Shown: piece by piece, positions 1 through 9,908 of the stretch
Layout: each line of letters opens with the position of its first letter
Numbering within the stretch: position 1 is the stretch's first letter
Made by a program: the position numbers and the translations under genes
NCBI GenBank assembly: GCA_012513575.1
Contig: JAAZBX010000001.1
Location: 10,163 to 74,162, forward strand
From: Candidatus Dojkabacteria bacterium
GTDB lineage: Bacteria > Patescibacteriota > Dojkabacteria > SC72
Direction of reading: 5' to 3'
Length of the DNA: 64,000 nt
Notes under the pieces: generated by a model
What the model saw: the letters and a program-made list of their open reading frames with translations, nothing else
Told to the model about the DNA's origin: nothing
The model's database searches: none

Positions 1-814
1 GAAAACAGAATTGGCAAAAGTACTTTCTGAGGAATTGTTTGGGAATACAGAGAATTTAGTTCAAATTGATATGAGTGAAATGATGGAGATGCATAGTGTT
101 TCGAAATTGATTGGGTCTCCTCCGGGGTATGTTGGTTTTCAACAAGGAGGTTGGTTAACGGAAAGAGTTAGAAGGCATCCACATTCAGTGATTCTTTTTG
201 ACGAGATAGAGAAAGCTCATCCCGATGTTCTAAATATTCTTTTGCAAATCATGGAATACGGCCACCTAATGGATGGTAGGGGGAAGAGAGTAAATTTTAA
301 AAATACGGTAATAATTCTAACCTCTAATATCGGAGCGGAAGAGATTAGAAAGAGCAGGGTTCTTGGATTTTCAGAAGTTAAGGAGAAAGCAGAGAGCAGT
401 ATTAAAGACGAGAGAGAAACCTATAAACATATGAAGGAAACGCTCATGGAAGAGTTAAAAAACACTCTAAGACCCGAATTATTAAACAGGTTGGATGAAG
501 TTGTAATATTTCGTTCCCTAAATAGGGTAGATGCAAGGAAGATAGTAAAACTTCTACTTTTTGATTTAAATAATCGATTAAAGGAGGAGAAAATTCTTGT
601 AAAATTGAATTCACAGGCCATTAGCTACATAGTAAAGGAGTCTTTTAGTGACGAATATGGAGCAAGGCCGTTGAGAAGATTTTTACAGGATAAGGTCGAG
701 AATCTTCTTGCTGACTATATTCTCCACAAAGGAGATGGTACAAATAAAGGGGAATTAGTGGAAGTATCAATTGGATTAGAGGATAATAACTTAGTAATAT
801 TAAAGAAAAAATAG
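1..814 (+). CDS. clpC: ATP-dependent Clp protease ATP-binding subunit (ClpC/ClpB family), C-terminal part, truncated by window start
   Basis: IDMSE..., KLIGSPPGYVG, DEIEKAHPDV, RPELLNRLDE and GARPLRR are motifs of the second AAA+ domain; the clpC-radA order is typical. Confidence 0.9.
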   Translation, partial: KTELAKVLSEELFGNTENLVQIDMSEMMEMHSVSKLIGSPPGYVGFQQGGWLTERVRRHPHSVILFDEIEKAHPDVLNILLQIMEYGHLMDGRGKRVNFKNTVIILTSNIGAEEIRKSRVLGFSEVKEKAESSIKDERETYKHMKETLMEELKNTLRPELLNRLDEVVIFRSLNRVDARKIVKLLLFDLNNRLKEEKILVKLNSQAISYIVKESFSDEYGARPLRRFLQDKVENLLADYILHKGDGTNKGELVEVSIGLEDNNLVILKKK

Positions 815-2161
815 ATGAAATATGTTTGCAATGCATGTAATTCAGAATTCCTAAGATGGGCAGGCAAATGCCCCTCATGTGGGGAGTGGGGTTCTCTCGA
901 AGAGGTCGAAGAATCTTCTTTGCCAATTTCTCAAACTGAAAAGAAGGTTGTACCTTCAAAGTATAGTAAAATCACGGAATTCTCAAAAAATAAGAAAAGT
1001 AATACATCCAAAGGTAGGATAACAACTGGTTCTTTTGAATTCGATCGAGTTTTGGGGAAGGGTATTGTTCCAGGAGAAGTAATTCTACTAAGTGGAGAAC
1101 CCGGAGTAGGGAAATCAACACTTTTGATGAAGATTGTTTTAAATTTCTGCGAGAAGGGCAAGGTTCTATATGTTTGTGGAGAAGAATCACCTTCTCAATT
1201 GATGGAAAGGCTTGATAGGTTAACAGTAAAAAAAGAATACAACAGAGACAATTTTATTGTTACAGAGGATACAACTGTTGAAAATGTAGTTGCTTTAATA
1301 GAGGGGGGTAATTTTGAGCTTGTAGTAGTAGATTCAATTCAAAGTATGCAGTCTATTCAATCCAAAGGTTTCCCAGGGAGTATTGGGCAAGTTCGTCTTT
1401 GTGGTGCATTGCTAACAAGAGCAGCCAAAAGAACAGGTATTCCAATTTTTGTTGTTGGGCAAATAAATAAGAGTGGAGATGTCGCTGGACCAAAAGTATT
1501 AGAACACGTTGTTGATTGTGTTTTGTATATGGAAGGAGATCAGTATAATCAGTACAGAATAATTAGAAGCATGAAAAACCGTTTCGGCTCAACGAATGAG
1601 ATTGGTGTATTCGAGATGCTAGGGAATGGTCTAAATGAAGTAAAAAATCCATCATTGCTTTTTCTAGAATCTTCCGAAGAATCTTCTGGGAGTGCAATTA
1701 GTGCCGTAATTCAGGGTTCTAGAGTAGTATTTGTTGAAGTTCAAGCTCTTGTTGTCGAGAGGGAAAGTGAGGTGGGTCCGTTGAGAAGAGTTGCGAATGG
1801 AATAAAGAAACCACGGTTGGATATGCTCTGTGCTGTAATGTCTAGAAAAGGTAAGCTATTTTTGGGAAATAAGGATGTATTTGTTAATGTTGTTGGAGGT
1901 CTTACTGTGAGCGACCCATCAATAGATTTGGCGATTTGCGCTGCGATCAAGTCTTCAGTAATGGACAAACCTCTCTCAAAGAATGTTCTGTATGTTGGTG
2001 AGGTTGGATTAACAGGTGAGGTTAGGGGAACTTGGGGGGTGGAGTCAATTATAAAAGAGGCTGAAAGAAGTGGATATTCAGACTTATTAGTTGGTCGAAT
2101 GAAAGTAGGTGCTAATGAAAAGGTAAATGTAAAAAAAATATATAAAGTATCTACTCTTTAA
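815..2161 (+). CDS. radA: DNA repair protein RadA/Sms
   Basis: N-terminal C4 zinc finger, GEPGVGKST Walker A, KNRFG motif, Lon-like C-terminus. Confidence 0.97.
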   Translation: MKYVCNACNSEFLRWAGKCPSCGEWGSLEEVEESSLPISQTEKKVVPSKYSKITEFSKNKKSNTSKGRITTGSFEFDRVLGKGIVPGEVILLSGEPGVGKSTLLMKIVLNFCEKGKVLYVCGEESPSQLMERLDRLTVKKEYNRDNFIVTEDTTVENVVALIEGGNFELVVVDSIQSMQSIQSKGFPGSIGQVRLCGALLTRAAKRTGIPIFVVGQINKSGDVAGPKVLEHVVDCVLYMEGDQYNQYRIIRSMKNRFGSTNEIGVFEMLGNGLNEVKNPSLLFLESSEESSGSAISAVIQGSRVVFVEVQALVVERESEVGPLRRVANGIKKPRLDMLCAVMSRKGKLFLGNKDVFVNVVGGLTVSDPSIDLAICAAIKSSVMDKPLSKNVLYVGEVGLTGEVRGTWGVESIIKEAERSGYSDLLVGRMKVGANEKVNVKKIYKVSTL

Positions 2162-2182
2162 CTAATTTAATAAACAATTTAA

Positions 2183-2518
2183 ATGGGGACAGAAAAAATT
2201 TTTCAAGAGAATAATCTTCAATTAATAGAGGATTATGATGAAGTTTTAGAAGGAAGGGAGCTGATTCTTTTTGAAGATTACCAACTTATGCGTAAGCAAT
2301 TAAAAAGAAAAGAGGTATTGGCAGCATATTTTGTTTTTCAATCAGAAGAGGATGATTTGGCAATAGCTATAAACAGCCCAGAGCAATTTGATACAGTTGT
2401 GGCAGTAGTAAATAAAGATAAAGAAACAATGGAAAGATATATGCAAGATTCTAAATATCGAAGTGATATTGTTTTTAGGGAAGTTTCATTTTTTGCAATT
2501 GACTATTTATTGAATTAA
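2183..2518 (+). CDS. hypothetical acidic protein (111 aa)
   Basis: Clean ORF 21 nt after radA with genome-like composition; no family recognised. Confidence 0.7.
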   Translation: MGTEKIFQENNLQLIEDYDEVLEGRELILFEDYQLMRKQLKRKEVLAAYFVFQSEEDDLAIAINSPEQFDTVVAVVNKDKETMERYMQDSKYRSDIVFREVSFFAIDYLLN

Positions 2519-2519
2519 G

Positions 2520-2958
2520 GCCCTTATGGTAGGCACCTTAAAACATCTTCGCTTGTTGTTGTCCACACCCAGCGTAACAGAGTGGGATATCAACAGGTTT
2601 TCGTAACTTCATGTGCAGCCCACTTGGGATATGGTGCTCTGGTGCTAAGAAACATAAAGAAGTACACAATGTGGAGAAAGTTTATGGGCTTGACAACTAT
2701 GACTATAAGGAGTATACTTCTGTTACAGTTCTTTACAAGGTTGTGGATATCTTAGGTTTCTCCCTTTGTCTGGGGTGTTACAAGCACAACTGGGCAACAG
2801 GAAAAGCCTAAGATTTTTTACCTTTTTCTCATTTTTGTTTAACTATATAAACCAAAATAAGAAGAGGGGAAACATCCTGTATGTTACTCGAAACTGTTCC
2901 TTATTTAGGAATAGAACCCGGGGTCGGTTGGGGCAGTACCGATCCCTTCTTCTTTTTT
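2520..2958 (+). ncRNA. putative structured non-coding RNA or long structured 3' region, unassigned
   Basis: Several hairpins with G-U pairs on the + strand (e.g. 2749-2763 with 2800-2814); no convincing CDS; ends in a terminator. Confidence 0.3.
2920..2958 (+). terminator. intrinsic terminator
   Basis: GGGGTCGGT/ACCGATCCC 9-bp stem followed by TTCTTCTTTTTT. Confidence 0.7.
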
Positions 2959-2979
2959 CATATTTGATATTTAAAGAAG

Positions 2980-3008
2980 TTGACATAGTTTCTGTATTTC
3001 AATATACT
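2980..3008 (+). promoter_or_regulatory. sigma70 promoter of rho
   Basis: TTGACA-17 nt-TATACT. Confidence 0.75.
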
Positions 3009-3064
3009 TTTGTATCTGATATGAATAAATGCCTCATATCTATATAAATTTCCTTTTTTGATAG

Positions 3065-4333
3065 ATGGTAAAAAAATCAAGTAAAACTATTAAAGATTAC
3101 GAAGCAATGACTTTAGCCGATATCCGTGCTGAAGCTCAAGAGATTAAATTGGAAAACTTCATGGAGTTACCTAAACGAGAATTAATTATTGAAATTCTTA
3201 AAAAGAATTCAAATAATGAAGGTTTTGTTGAAGTAAGTGGAATCCTTGAAGTTATGAAGGATGCATCTCATGGGATATTAAGAACAGAAGATCTTTTGCC
3301 TGGCGATAATGATGTGTATATCTCTGGCTCGCAGATTCAGAAGTTCAGTCTAAGGACAGGGGATGAAGTAACGGGTCCTGCTAGACTTCCAAAAGACAAA
3401 GAGAAGTATTTAAGTCTTCTAAGAGTCGATACAGTATATGGGAAGCCTGCAGCAGAAGCAGCTAAAAGACCAAATTTTAGGAAATTAACACCAATATTTC
3501 CAAATAAGCAAATTAAATTAGAGACAGATCAAGATGTTATATCTACAAGAATGATTGACTTGCTTTCTCCAATTGGTTTTGGTCAGAGATCTATGGTAGT
3601 TTCTCCTCCTAAAGCAGGAAAAACATGGCTTTTGAAAGATATTGCAAACGGAATTGCTAAGAATCATCCAAAGGCAAAATTAATTGTTGTATTGGTTGGT
3701 GAAAGACCTGAAGAGGTTACTGATATGAAAAGGTTTGTTAAGGGAGAAGTGTATGCATCGAACTTTGATGAACTTCCACAGCACAACTGTAGCGTGGCGG
3801 AGATGGCACTTCAGAAAGCTATGCGAATGGTTGAATGGGGAGAGGATGTCATTATCCTAATGGATAGTATTACAAGACTAGCAAGGGCATACAATATTAC
3901 TATGCCAACATCGGGAAAAACATTATCTGGTGGTTTCGATCCAGTTGCTTTGTATCCCCCTAAGAGGTTCTTTGGGGCAGCTAGAAACTTTGAAGAAAGT
4001 GGAAGTCTCACGATAATTGCAACCGCTCTTGTTGATACAGGTAGCAGAATGGACGATCTAGTTTATGAAGAATTTAAGGGTACTGGGAATATGGAACTTC
4101 ATTTAGATAGATCATTAGCAAACAAGAGAGTTTACCCTTCCATAGATGTAAACAACTCTGGTACAAGAAATGAAGAGCTATTGCTTGGAAAAGAAGTGTT
4201 AAATCAATCATGGAGAATCAGAAGAATGCTTGAATTCTTAGATAGTAATGAAAATCCAACAGAGGTATTGATAGATAGACTCAAGAAAACAAAGAATAAT
4301 GAAGAATTTCTTGCAACATTGCACGAAGCTTAG
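3065..4333 (+). CDS. rho: transcription termination factor Rho
   Basis: [12 protein letters not shown]-binding domain, [39 protein letters not shown]. Confidence 0.98.
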   Translation: MVKKSSKTIKDYEAMTLADIRAEAQEIKLENFMELPKRELIIEILKKNSNNEGFVEVSGILEVMKDASHGILRTEDLLPGDNDVYISGSQIQKFSLRTGDEVTGPARLPKDKEKYLSLLRVDTVYGKPAAEAAKRPNFRKLTPIFPNKQIKLETDQDVISTRMIDLLSPIGFGQRSMVVSPPKAGKTWLLKDIANGIAKNHPKAKLIVVLVGERPEEVTDMKRFVKGEVYASNFDELPQHNCSVAEMALQKAMRMVEWGEDVIILMDSITRLARAYNITMPTSGKTLSGGFDPVALYPPKRFFGAARNFEESGSLTIIATALVDTGSRMDDLVYEEFKGTGNMELHLDRSLANKRVYPSIDVNNSGTRNEELLLGKEVLNQSWRIRRMLEFLDSNENPTEVLIDRLKKTKNNEEFLATLHEA

Positions 4334-4378
4334 TTATGATATAATACAGTTTAGAACTATTTAACACTAAATAGCTTT

Positions 4379-5707
4379 GTGAACAACAATGATTTCCAAC
4401 AAAATAAGAATATTCCAGGATTAAGCTTTAAAAGTATTAGTCCCTTAAAGATTTTTGATGATGAAAATCTCTTTGTTGATGATGAAATAGTTGGAAATCA
4501 ATTTATTCGTGATATAAAAAGGAAATTCTCAAATTTTTATTCAAGACAGAAATCAAAAAATAATTTAATAGAATTTATTCTAGCAATAATAGAGTATATA
4601 TTCTCGAGATTGCAGGTATTTTTCATATTAATCTCTGTTCTTTTTGATATTCTTTTTCAATCATTTAATTCAAAAAAGAACTCTTTTGCTACAAAAATGT
4701 TTTGGGGTAGAGGAAATTTTCTTTCTTCTGCATTTAAGGTTCTATTAGTATCAGTCGTTTTCATAATTGCAATTACATATCTATACAGGAAACCCGTTGT
4801 TAGTGCTGCAGGAGATCAGATGCTGGATACAATAGGCGTAGCTCAAACTGATTTAGTAGTTATGAATGCAAGTGTAAATACTGTTACACCTAAGGATCGT
4901 CCGAGAAGATACCCTGAGGAATATATTGTAAAGAGAGGGGATTCCTTAGCTAGTATTGCTTCCCTCTATGATTTAGATGTTAAGACAATTATGTGGGCAA
5001 ATAATATTGCAAATGTTAATTCATTGAAACTAGGTCAAACTTTAGAAATTCCTCCAAGAGATGGAGTCGTTGTTACTATTAAAAAGGGAGATACTGTTGA
5101 ATCATTAGCAAAAAAATATTCAGCAGAAGCCGCAGATATTGTAGACCATAACTGGCTAGAGAGTCCTTTTACATTGGTTGAAGGTTCTGAATTGTTTATC
5201 CCAAATGGTATCATAAAAGAGACTCCTAAACCTGTATATGCTTCTGCGCCACTTTCTTTGTCAAGAGGTTCTACTTCAATTGGGTATAGTAATGCTCCTG
5301 TTGATCCAAATGTTGGGAAATTCTTAGGTTGGCCGGTAGGTGGCCCAAGCAGAATATCAAGAGGTTTCTTTCCAGGTCACTACGGTATTGATATCTATCC
5401 AACTAACAGGGTAAATCTTCCTGATGTTGTTGCCGCTTCTGCGGGTACAGTTATTAGTACTGGTTGGGGTAGTGGGAAATACAATGGTTTTGGTTACTAT
5501 GCACATGTAGACCATGGGAATGGATACACAACACTTTATGCCCATATGTCGCAAGTATATGTTAGATCTGGTCAGGCAGTTGGTAGGGGTCAATCATTGG
5601 GAAAGATTGGTGCTACTGGTGTAGCTTTTGGAATTCATGTTCACTTTGAATTAAGAAGAGGTGCCGAATTGAGTGGAAGAATTAATCCTGCACCATATAT
5701 GCAGTAG
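4379..5707 (+). CDS. membrane-anchored LysM x2 / M23 peptidoglycan endopeptidase
   Basis: YIVKRGDSL and IKKGDTV LysM repeats; HYGID, YAHM and HVHFE M23 motifs; N-terminal hydrophobic segments. Confidence 0.92.
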   Translation: MNNNDFQQNKNIPGLSFKSISPLKIFDDENLFVDDEIVGNQFIRDIKRKFSNFYSRQKSKNNLIEFILAIIEYIFSRLQVFFILISVLFDILFQSFNSKKNSFATKMFWGRGNFLSSAFKVLLVSVVFIIAITYLYRKPVVSAAGDQMLDTIGVAQTDLVVMNASVNTVTPKDRPRRYPEEYIVKRGDSLASIASLYDLDVKTIMWANNIANVNSLKLGQTLEIPPRDGVVVTIKKGDTVESLAKKYSAEAADIVDHNWLESPFTLVEGSELFIPNGIIKETPKPVYASAPLSLSRGSTSIGYSNAPVDPNVGKFLGWPVGGPSRISRGFFPGHYGIDIYPTNRVNLPDVVAASAGTVISTGWGSGKYNGFGYYAHVDHGNGYTTLYAHMSQVYVRSGQAVGRGQSLGKIGATGVAFGIHVHFELRRGAELSGRINPAPYMQ

Positions 5708-5708
5708 G

Positions 5709-5780
5709 GGGCTCATAGCTTAGTTGGTAGAGCATCGCATTCGCATTGCGAAGGCGCCAGTTCGATTCTGGCTGGGTCCA
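5709..5780 (+). tRNA. tRNA-Ala(CGC), CCA not encoded
   Basis: Cloverleaf; anticodon arm TCGCA-TTCGCAT-TGCGA; G3:U70; TTCGATT T-loop. Confidence 0.93.
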
Positions 5781-5809
5781 CTTGAAATTTGGTATAATGT
5801 CAGGTTTCT

Positions 5810-5886
5810 GGGCCTGTAGCTCATTTGGTTAGAGCACTTCGCTGGCAGCGAAGGGGTGAGGGGTTCGAATCCCCTCAGGTCCACCA
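5810..5886 (+). tRNA. tRNA-Ala(GGC)
   Basis: Cloverleaf; CTTCG-CTGGCAG-CGAAG; ends CCA; TGGTATAAT just upstream. Confidence 0.95.
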
Positions 5887-5999
5887 AAACAAATGTACAA
5901 AGAAATTCATACATGCTGTTCTTTGTTTCACTGCTTAGTTCCACAAAACACGAAACTGTGTTCTTCCAATATATTTCTTTTTAATGTAAAATCATCCTC

Positions 6000-8429
6000 A
6001 TGATAGAGAAGTACAACCCTCAGGAAATAGAAAAAAAATGGCAAGAAAAATGGTATTCCTCCGATGTGTATAGAGCAAGGGACTTTGATGTAAATAGAGA
6101 AAAATACTATCTATTAGCCGAGTTTCCATACCCCTCTGGTGATTCTATGCACATGGGTCATGCTCGTAACTATACCGAAATGGATTCCTTGGCAAGATTA
6201 AGAAGGATGTTAGGTCAAAATGTACTGTATCCAATGGGTTGGGATGCTTTTGGTTTGCCAACAGAAAACTATGCGATAAAGATGAAAAGACCTCCACAAG
6301 AGATTACAAAAGAGAATATTGCTGCTTTTACAAGACAATTAAAAGCAATGGGATTCTCTTTTGATTGGAGTAGAGAGATAAATACAACAGATTCGGGATA
6401 TTACAAATGGACACAATGGATTTTTCTTCAACTGTATAAAAAGGGCCTTGCCTACAAGGCGGAAATGCCTATCAATTGGTGTCCTAAATGTAAGGTAGGT
6501 TGTGCAAACGAAGAAGTTATTGATGGGAAGCATGAAAGGTGTGGAACTGAAGTAACTAAGAAGAAATTGAATCAATGGGTTTTAAAAATTACTGAATATG
6601 CAGATCGTCTTGCAGACGAATTAGACGAAACAGATTATTGGGAGAGTGTAAAAGCAAGACAAAGAAATTGGATTGGAAGGAAGGTGTGGTATGACATTGA
6701 GTATCCAGTAGAAGGTACGAATGTTAAACTAAAGGTATCAACTACAAGGCCAGATACTCAATTTGGCTCAACTTTTGTAGTGATTGCTCCTGATGCAGAA
6801 ATTGTTGATCTTCTTTTAAAATATATCCCAGCAGAGAAGAGGGATGAGGTGTCAGATTATATAAATGAGTCAAAAAAGAAAACAGAAGAAGAGAGAACAG
6901 CAGGTGAAAAAGAAAAAACGGGCGTAGATACTGGTCTTAGATGTAAAAATAGCATAACGGACAAAAGTCTGCCAATATACCTTGCGGACTTTGTTCTTCC
7001 AACAGTTGGCACTGGTATGGTGGTAGGAGTCCCTGCTCATGATAAAAGGGACTTTGTATTTGCAAAAAAATATTCTCTTCCTATCATTCGAGTAGTTGAA
7101 GGGCCAAATGGAGACAGAGGAGAAATAGATTCTGTTGAAAAGGTATATGAAGATGAAGGATTGATTTTTGACTCTGGATTTATCAATAATCTGGGCAGTG
7201 TAGAAGCTAGAGAGAAGATGGGGGAGTATATTAAGGAAAAAAACATTGGTGAGGTAGTCATAAGGTATAACCTTAGAGATTGGATTTTCTCAAGGCAGCA
7301 TTATTGGGGAGAACCAATTCCAATTGTCCATTGTCCAAAATGTGGTGTTGTTCCGGTTTCCGAAAATCAGTTACCTGTTGAGCTACCAAAAGTTAAGAGT
7401 TATGAACCTACAGATACTGGAGAATCTCCGTTAGCAAATATTAAGGAGTGGGTAAATACTGTTTGTCCTATTTGTAAGGGTGAAGCAAAGAGAGAAACTG
7501 ATACGATGCCAAATTGGGCTGGTTCAAGTTGGTACTTCTTGAGGTACTTAGATCCGAAGAATTCAGAAGCGTTTGCAGATATGGACAAAATGAAATACTG
7601 GATGCCTGTTGATCATTATGAAGGTGGGTCCGAGCATGTTACTTTGCATCTTCTTTATTCCAGATTCTGGTATAAAGTTCTCTCAGATTTAAAACTAGTT
7701 CCAGGTTTGGAGCCATACAAAAAAAGAACAATACATGGAGTTGTTTTAGGAGAAGGTGGTGTCAAAATGTCAAAATCATTGGGAAATGTTATTACACCGG
7801 ATGGATTGCTAGATAGGTATGGAGCTGATGTCACAAGGGCATATTTGATGTTTATGGGTCCCTACGAAGGTGATGTAGTTTGGAGTACTGAAACTATAAA
7901 TGGTGTAAACCGATTTGTAGCAAAATTCTTCGTCTTTTTGCAAAAAGCATGGGAGCAAAGGGACACTAAAGGGGGTGCTAGCAGAGAGGTTGCCAAGCTT
8001 GCCAAGAAGGTTCAAAATGACTTGTTATCATTCAAGTTTAACACAGTTATCTCTTCTTTGATGCAATTTTACAACTCTGTTCAGGGGAAGGTATTTTCAA
8101 CTGAAGATATTGAGAAAATTATTTTAATTGTTTCTCCTATTCTTCCTCACATTGCTGAAGAGCTTTGGTCCCAAACAGGTCATGAATTTAGTGTGCACTC
8201 TCAACACTGGCCAGAAATCGAATCGAACCTTCTAATTGATGATTCTGTTTCTATTCCAGTTCAAATTAATGGCAAAGTTAGAGGTAAGATTCAAATATCT
8301 CCAAGGGCTTCTGAGGGGGAAGTAGTTGAGATTCTCAAGCAGCAAGAATTCTTTGTTAAAGTCTTCGCTTGCAAAGAGCCTAAAAGGATAGTGTATGTCC
8401 CTGGGAAGATAGTAAATATTGTCCAGTAA
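6000..8429 (+). CDS. leuS: leucyl-tRNA synthetase
   Basis: FPYPSG..HMGH, GWDAFGLP, KMSKS, editing domain TTRPDT/GTG. Confidence 0.98.
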   Translation: MIEKYNPQEIEKKWQEKWYSSDVYRARDFDVNREKYYLLAEFPYPSGDSMHMGHARNYTEMDSLARLRRMLGQNVLYPMGWDAFGLPTENYAIKMKRPPQEITKENIAAFTRQLKAMGFSFDWSREINTTDSGYYKWTQWIFLQLYKKGLAYKAEMPINWCPKCKVGCANEEVIDGKHERCGTEVTKKKLNQWVLKITEYADRLADELDETDYWESVKARQRNWIGRKVWYDIEYPVEGTNVKLKVSTTRPDTQFGSTFVVIAPDAEIVDLLLKYIPAEKRDEVSDYINESKKKTEEERTAGEKEKTGVDTGLRCKNSITDKSLPIYLADFVLPTVGTGMVVGVPAHDKRDFVFAKKYSLPIIRVVEGPNGDRGEIDSVEKVYEDEGLIFDSGFINNLGSVEAREKMGEYIKEKNIGEVVIRYNLRDWIFSRQHYWGEPIPIVHCPKCGVVPVSENQLPVELPKVKSYEPTDTGESPLANIKEWVNTVCPICKGEAKRETDTMPNWAGSSWYFLRYLDPKNSEAFADMDKMKYWMPVDHYEGGSEHVTLHLLYSRFWYKVLSDLKLVPGLEPYKKRTIHGVVLGEGGVKMSKSLGNVITPDGLLDRYGADVTRAYLMFMGPYEGDVVWSTETINGVNRFVAKFFVFLQKAWEQRDTKGGASREVAKLAKKVQNDLLSFKFNTVISSLMQFYNSVQGKVFSTEDIEKIILIVSPILPHIAEELWSQTGHEFSVHSQHWPEIESNLLIDDSVSIPVQINGKVRGKIQISPRASEGEVVEILKQQEFFVKVFACKEPKRIVYVPGKIVNIVQ

Positions 8430-8499
8430 ATTCAAATAGATATTGATTCATATTAGTTTAAACTGTATCCTATATACATATAAATTTATATTAATCATT

Positions 8500-9132
8500 A
8501 TGGGAGTAATGCTTGATACCCTAAAAGAAAATTCGAAAATTCTTTTGTTATCCATTGGGATTTTAATAGTATCTATTTTAGGCCTAATGCTAACTAAACA
8601 ATCTAATTTATCATCAACATCATTTATGGAAGAAGAAAAACTTGCTAACTTGCCAAATTACTCAGCAACTATTAAGACGAATATGGGTAATATTGAAATA
8701 GACCTTTTTGAAAAAGAGACGCCAAATACTGTTTCAAATTTTGTTAAGTTATCAAATGATAGCTTTTACAACGGTCTTATTTTTCATAGGGTAGTTGAGG
8801 GTTTTGTGATACAGGGTGGAGACCCAAATGGAAATGGAACTGGAGGTCCAGGGTATAAATTTAATGATGAGATTACAGTAAGGAAGTTCACAAGATACTC
8901 CCTTGCCATGGCAAACTCAGGGCCAAATACTAATGGTTCTCAATTTTTCATTACTTTGGGTGACATAGCTGAGGAAAACCTTAGAAATCTTGATGGGGGA
9001 TATACACTGTTTGGAGAGGTAACAGAAGGTACTGAGGTAGTTGACAGTATAGGAAGAGTGCAGGTAGATGAGAATGATAAGCCATTGACTCCTGTTGTGA
9101 TTGAGTCAATTACAATAAAAGAAGAGAAATAG
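8500..9132 (+). CDS. cyclophilin-type peptidyl-prolyl isomerase with N-terminal membrane anchor (start uncertain: 8443/8500/8509)
   Basis: FHRVVEGFVIQGGDP, AMANSGPNTNGSQFFIT. Confidence 0.93.
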   Translation: MGVMLDTLKENSKILLLSIGILIVSILGLMLTKQSNLSSTSFMEEEKLANLPNYSATIKTNMGNIEIDLFEKETPNTVSNFVKLSNDSFYNGLIFHRVVEGFVIQGGDPNGNGTGGPGYKFNDEITVRKFTRYSLAMANSGPNTNGSQFFITLGDIAEENLRNLDGGYTLFGEVTEGTEVVDSIGRVQVDENDKPLTPVVIESITIKEEK

Positions 9133-9182
9133 AGGTCAAAAGTTAATTGTAAGTTAATATTTGCAATCTAATCTCTTTCTTT

Positions 9183-9908
9183 ATGAAGGGAGAGATTGCA
9201 AAGGAACAAGTCCGAAAATATTTTGTTATTTTTTTCTTTTCTTTTTTTTGTGGAATACTTTCTGATTACTTCATAATTAATAGGTATTTTTTTAATACCC
9301 AAGAAGATTGTCCCCAAGAGAGTGAAACTGTTAATACGAAGCCCTTAATGGTAAGTTCCACAGAAGAAGATAAAAAAGTGATTATTGAACAAACTTGCAA
9401 GGTTCATGTTGATACAAGTGGCGCTGTAAAGCAACCCGGAGTCTTCTGTTTACCAGAAGGATCGATGGTTATAGACGCAATAGGTAAGGCTGGAGGATTT
9501 ACTAATACTGCAGCTTACCGATTCATCTCAAGAAGGATTAACCTCTCACAGTTATTACTCGATAATCAGAAGATATATATACCTTTTGAAGACGAGATGG
9601 AGTGTAAACTAGTAAGTTTCCTACCACAAACAAAAGAAGTTCAGGCAATGATTTCTAACAGTATTGCTTTAACTTATCCGACATCTGAGCTAGATAGTAC
9701 TGAAACAGAAACAGGGGGGGATAGTGCAGGATGTGTGAATATAAATACGGCAACAGCAGAGGAGTTAGATTCTTTGTCGGGAATAGGTGAAGTAATGGCA
9801 AAAAAGATTATAGAGGGTCGGCCATATGAGAAAATTGAAGACTTGCTGAATGTAAGTGGAATAGGAGAATCCCTTTTTGAAAAAATTAAAGAAGAAATAT
9901 GCATTTAA
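9183..9908 (+). CDS. comEA: competence DNA receptor ComEA
   Basis: TM + SLBB domain (VDTSGAVKQPGV) + HhH (VNINTATAEELDSLSGIG). Confidence 0.92.
   Translation: MKGEIAKEQVRKYFVIFFFSFFCGILSDYFIINRYFFNTQEDCPQESETVNTKPLMVSSTEEDKKVIIEQTCKVHVDTSGAVKQPGVFCLPEGSMVIDAIGKAGGFTNTAAYRFISRRINLSQLLLDNQKIYIPFEDEMECKLVSFLPQTKEVQAMISNSIALTYPTSELDSTETETGGDSAGCVNINTATAEELDSLSGIGEVMAKKIIEGRPYEKIEDLLNVSGIGESLFEKIKEEICI

Noticed and set aside
2650-2930. RNase P RNA or tmRNA identity for the structured region
   Set aside because: Only partial look-alikes (GGAGAAAGTT, AGAACCCGG) that cannot form P4; no tRNA-like ends.
2881-2967. 28-aa leader peptide with FFFF as a rho attenuator
   Set aside because: The Phe codons are just the terminator T tract, and rho has its own promoter downstream of the terminator.
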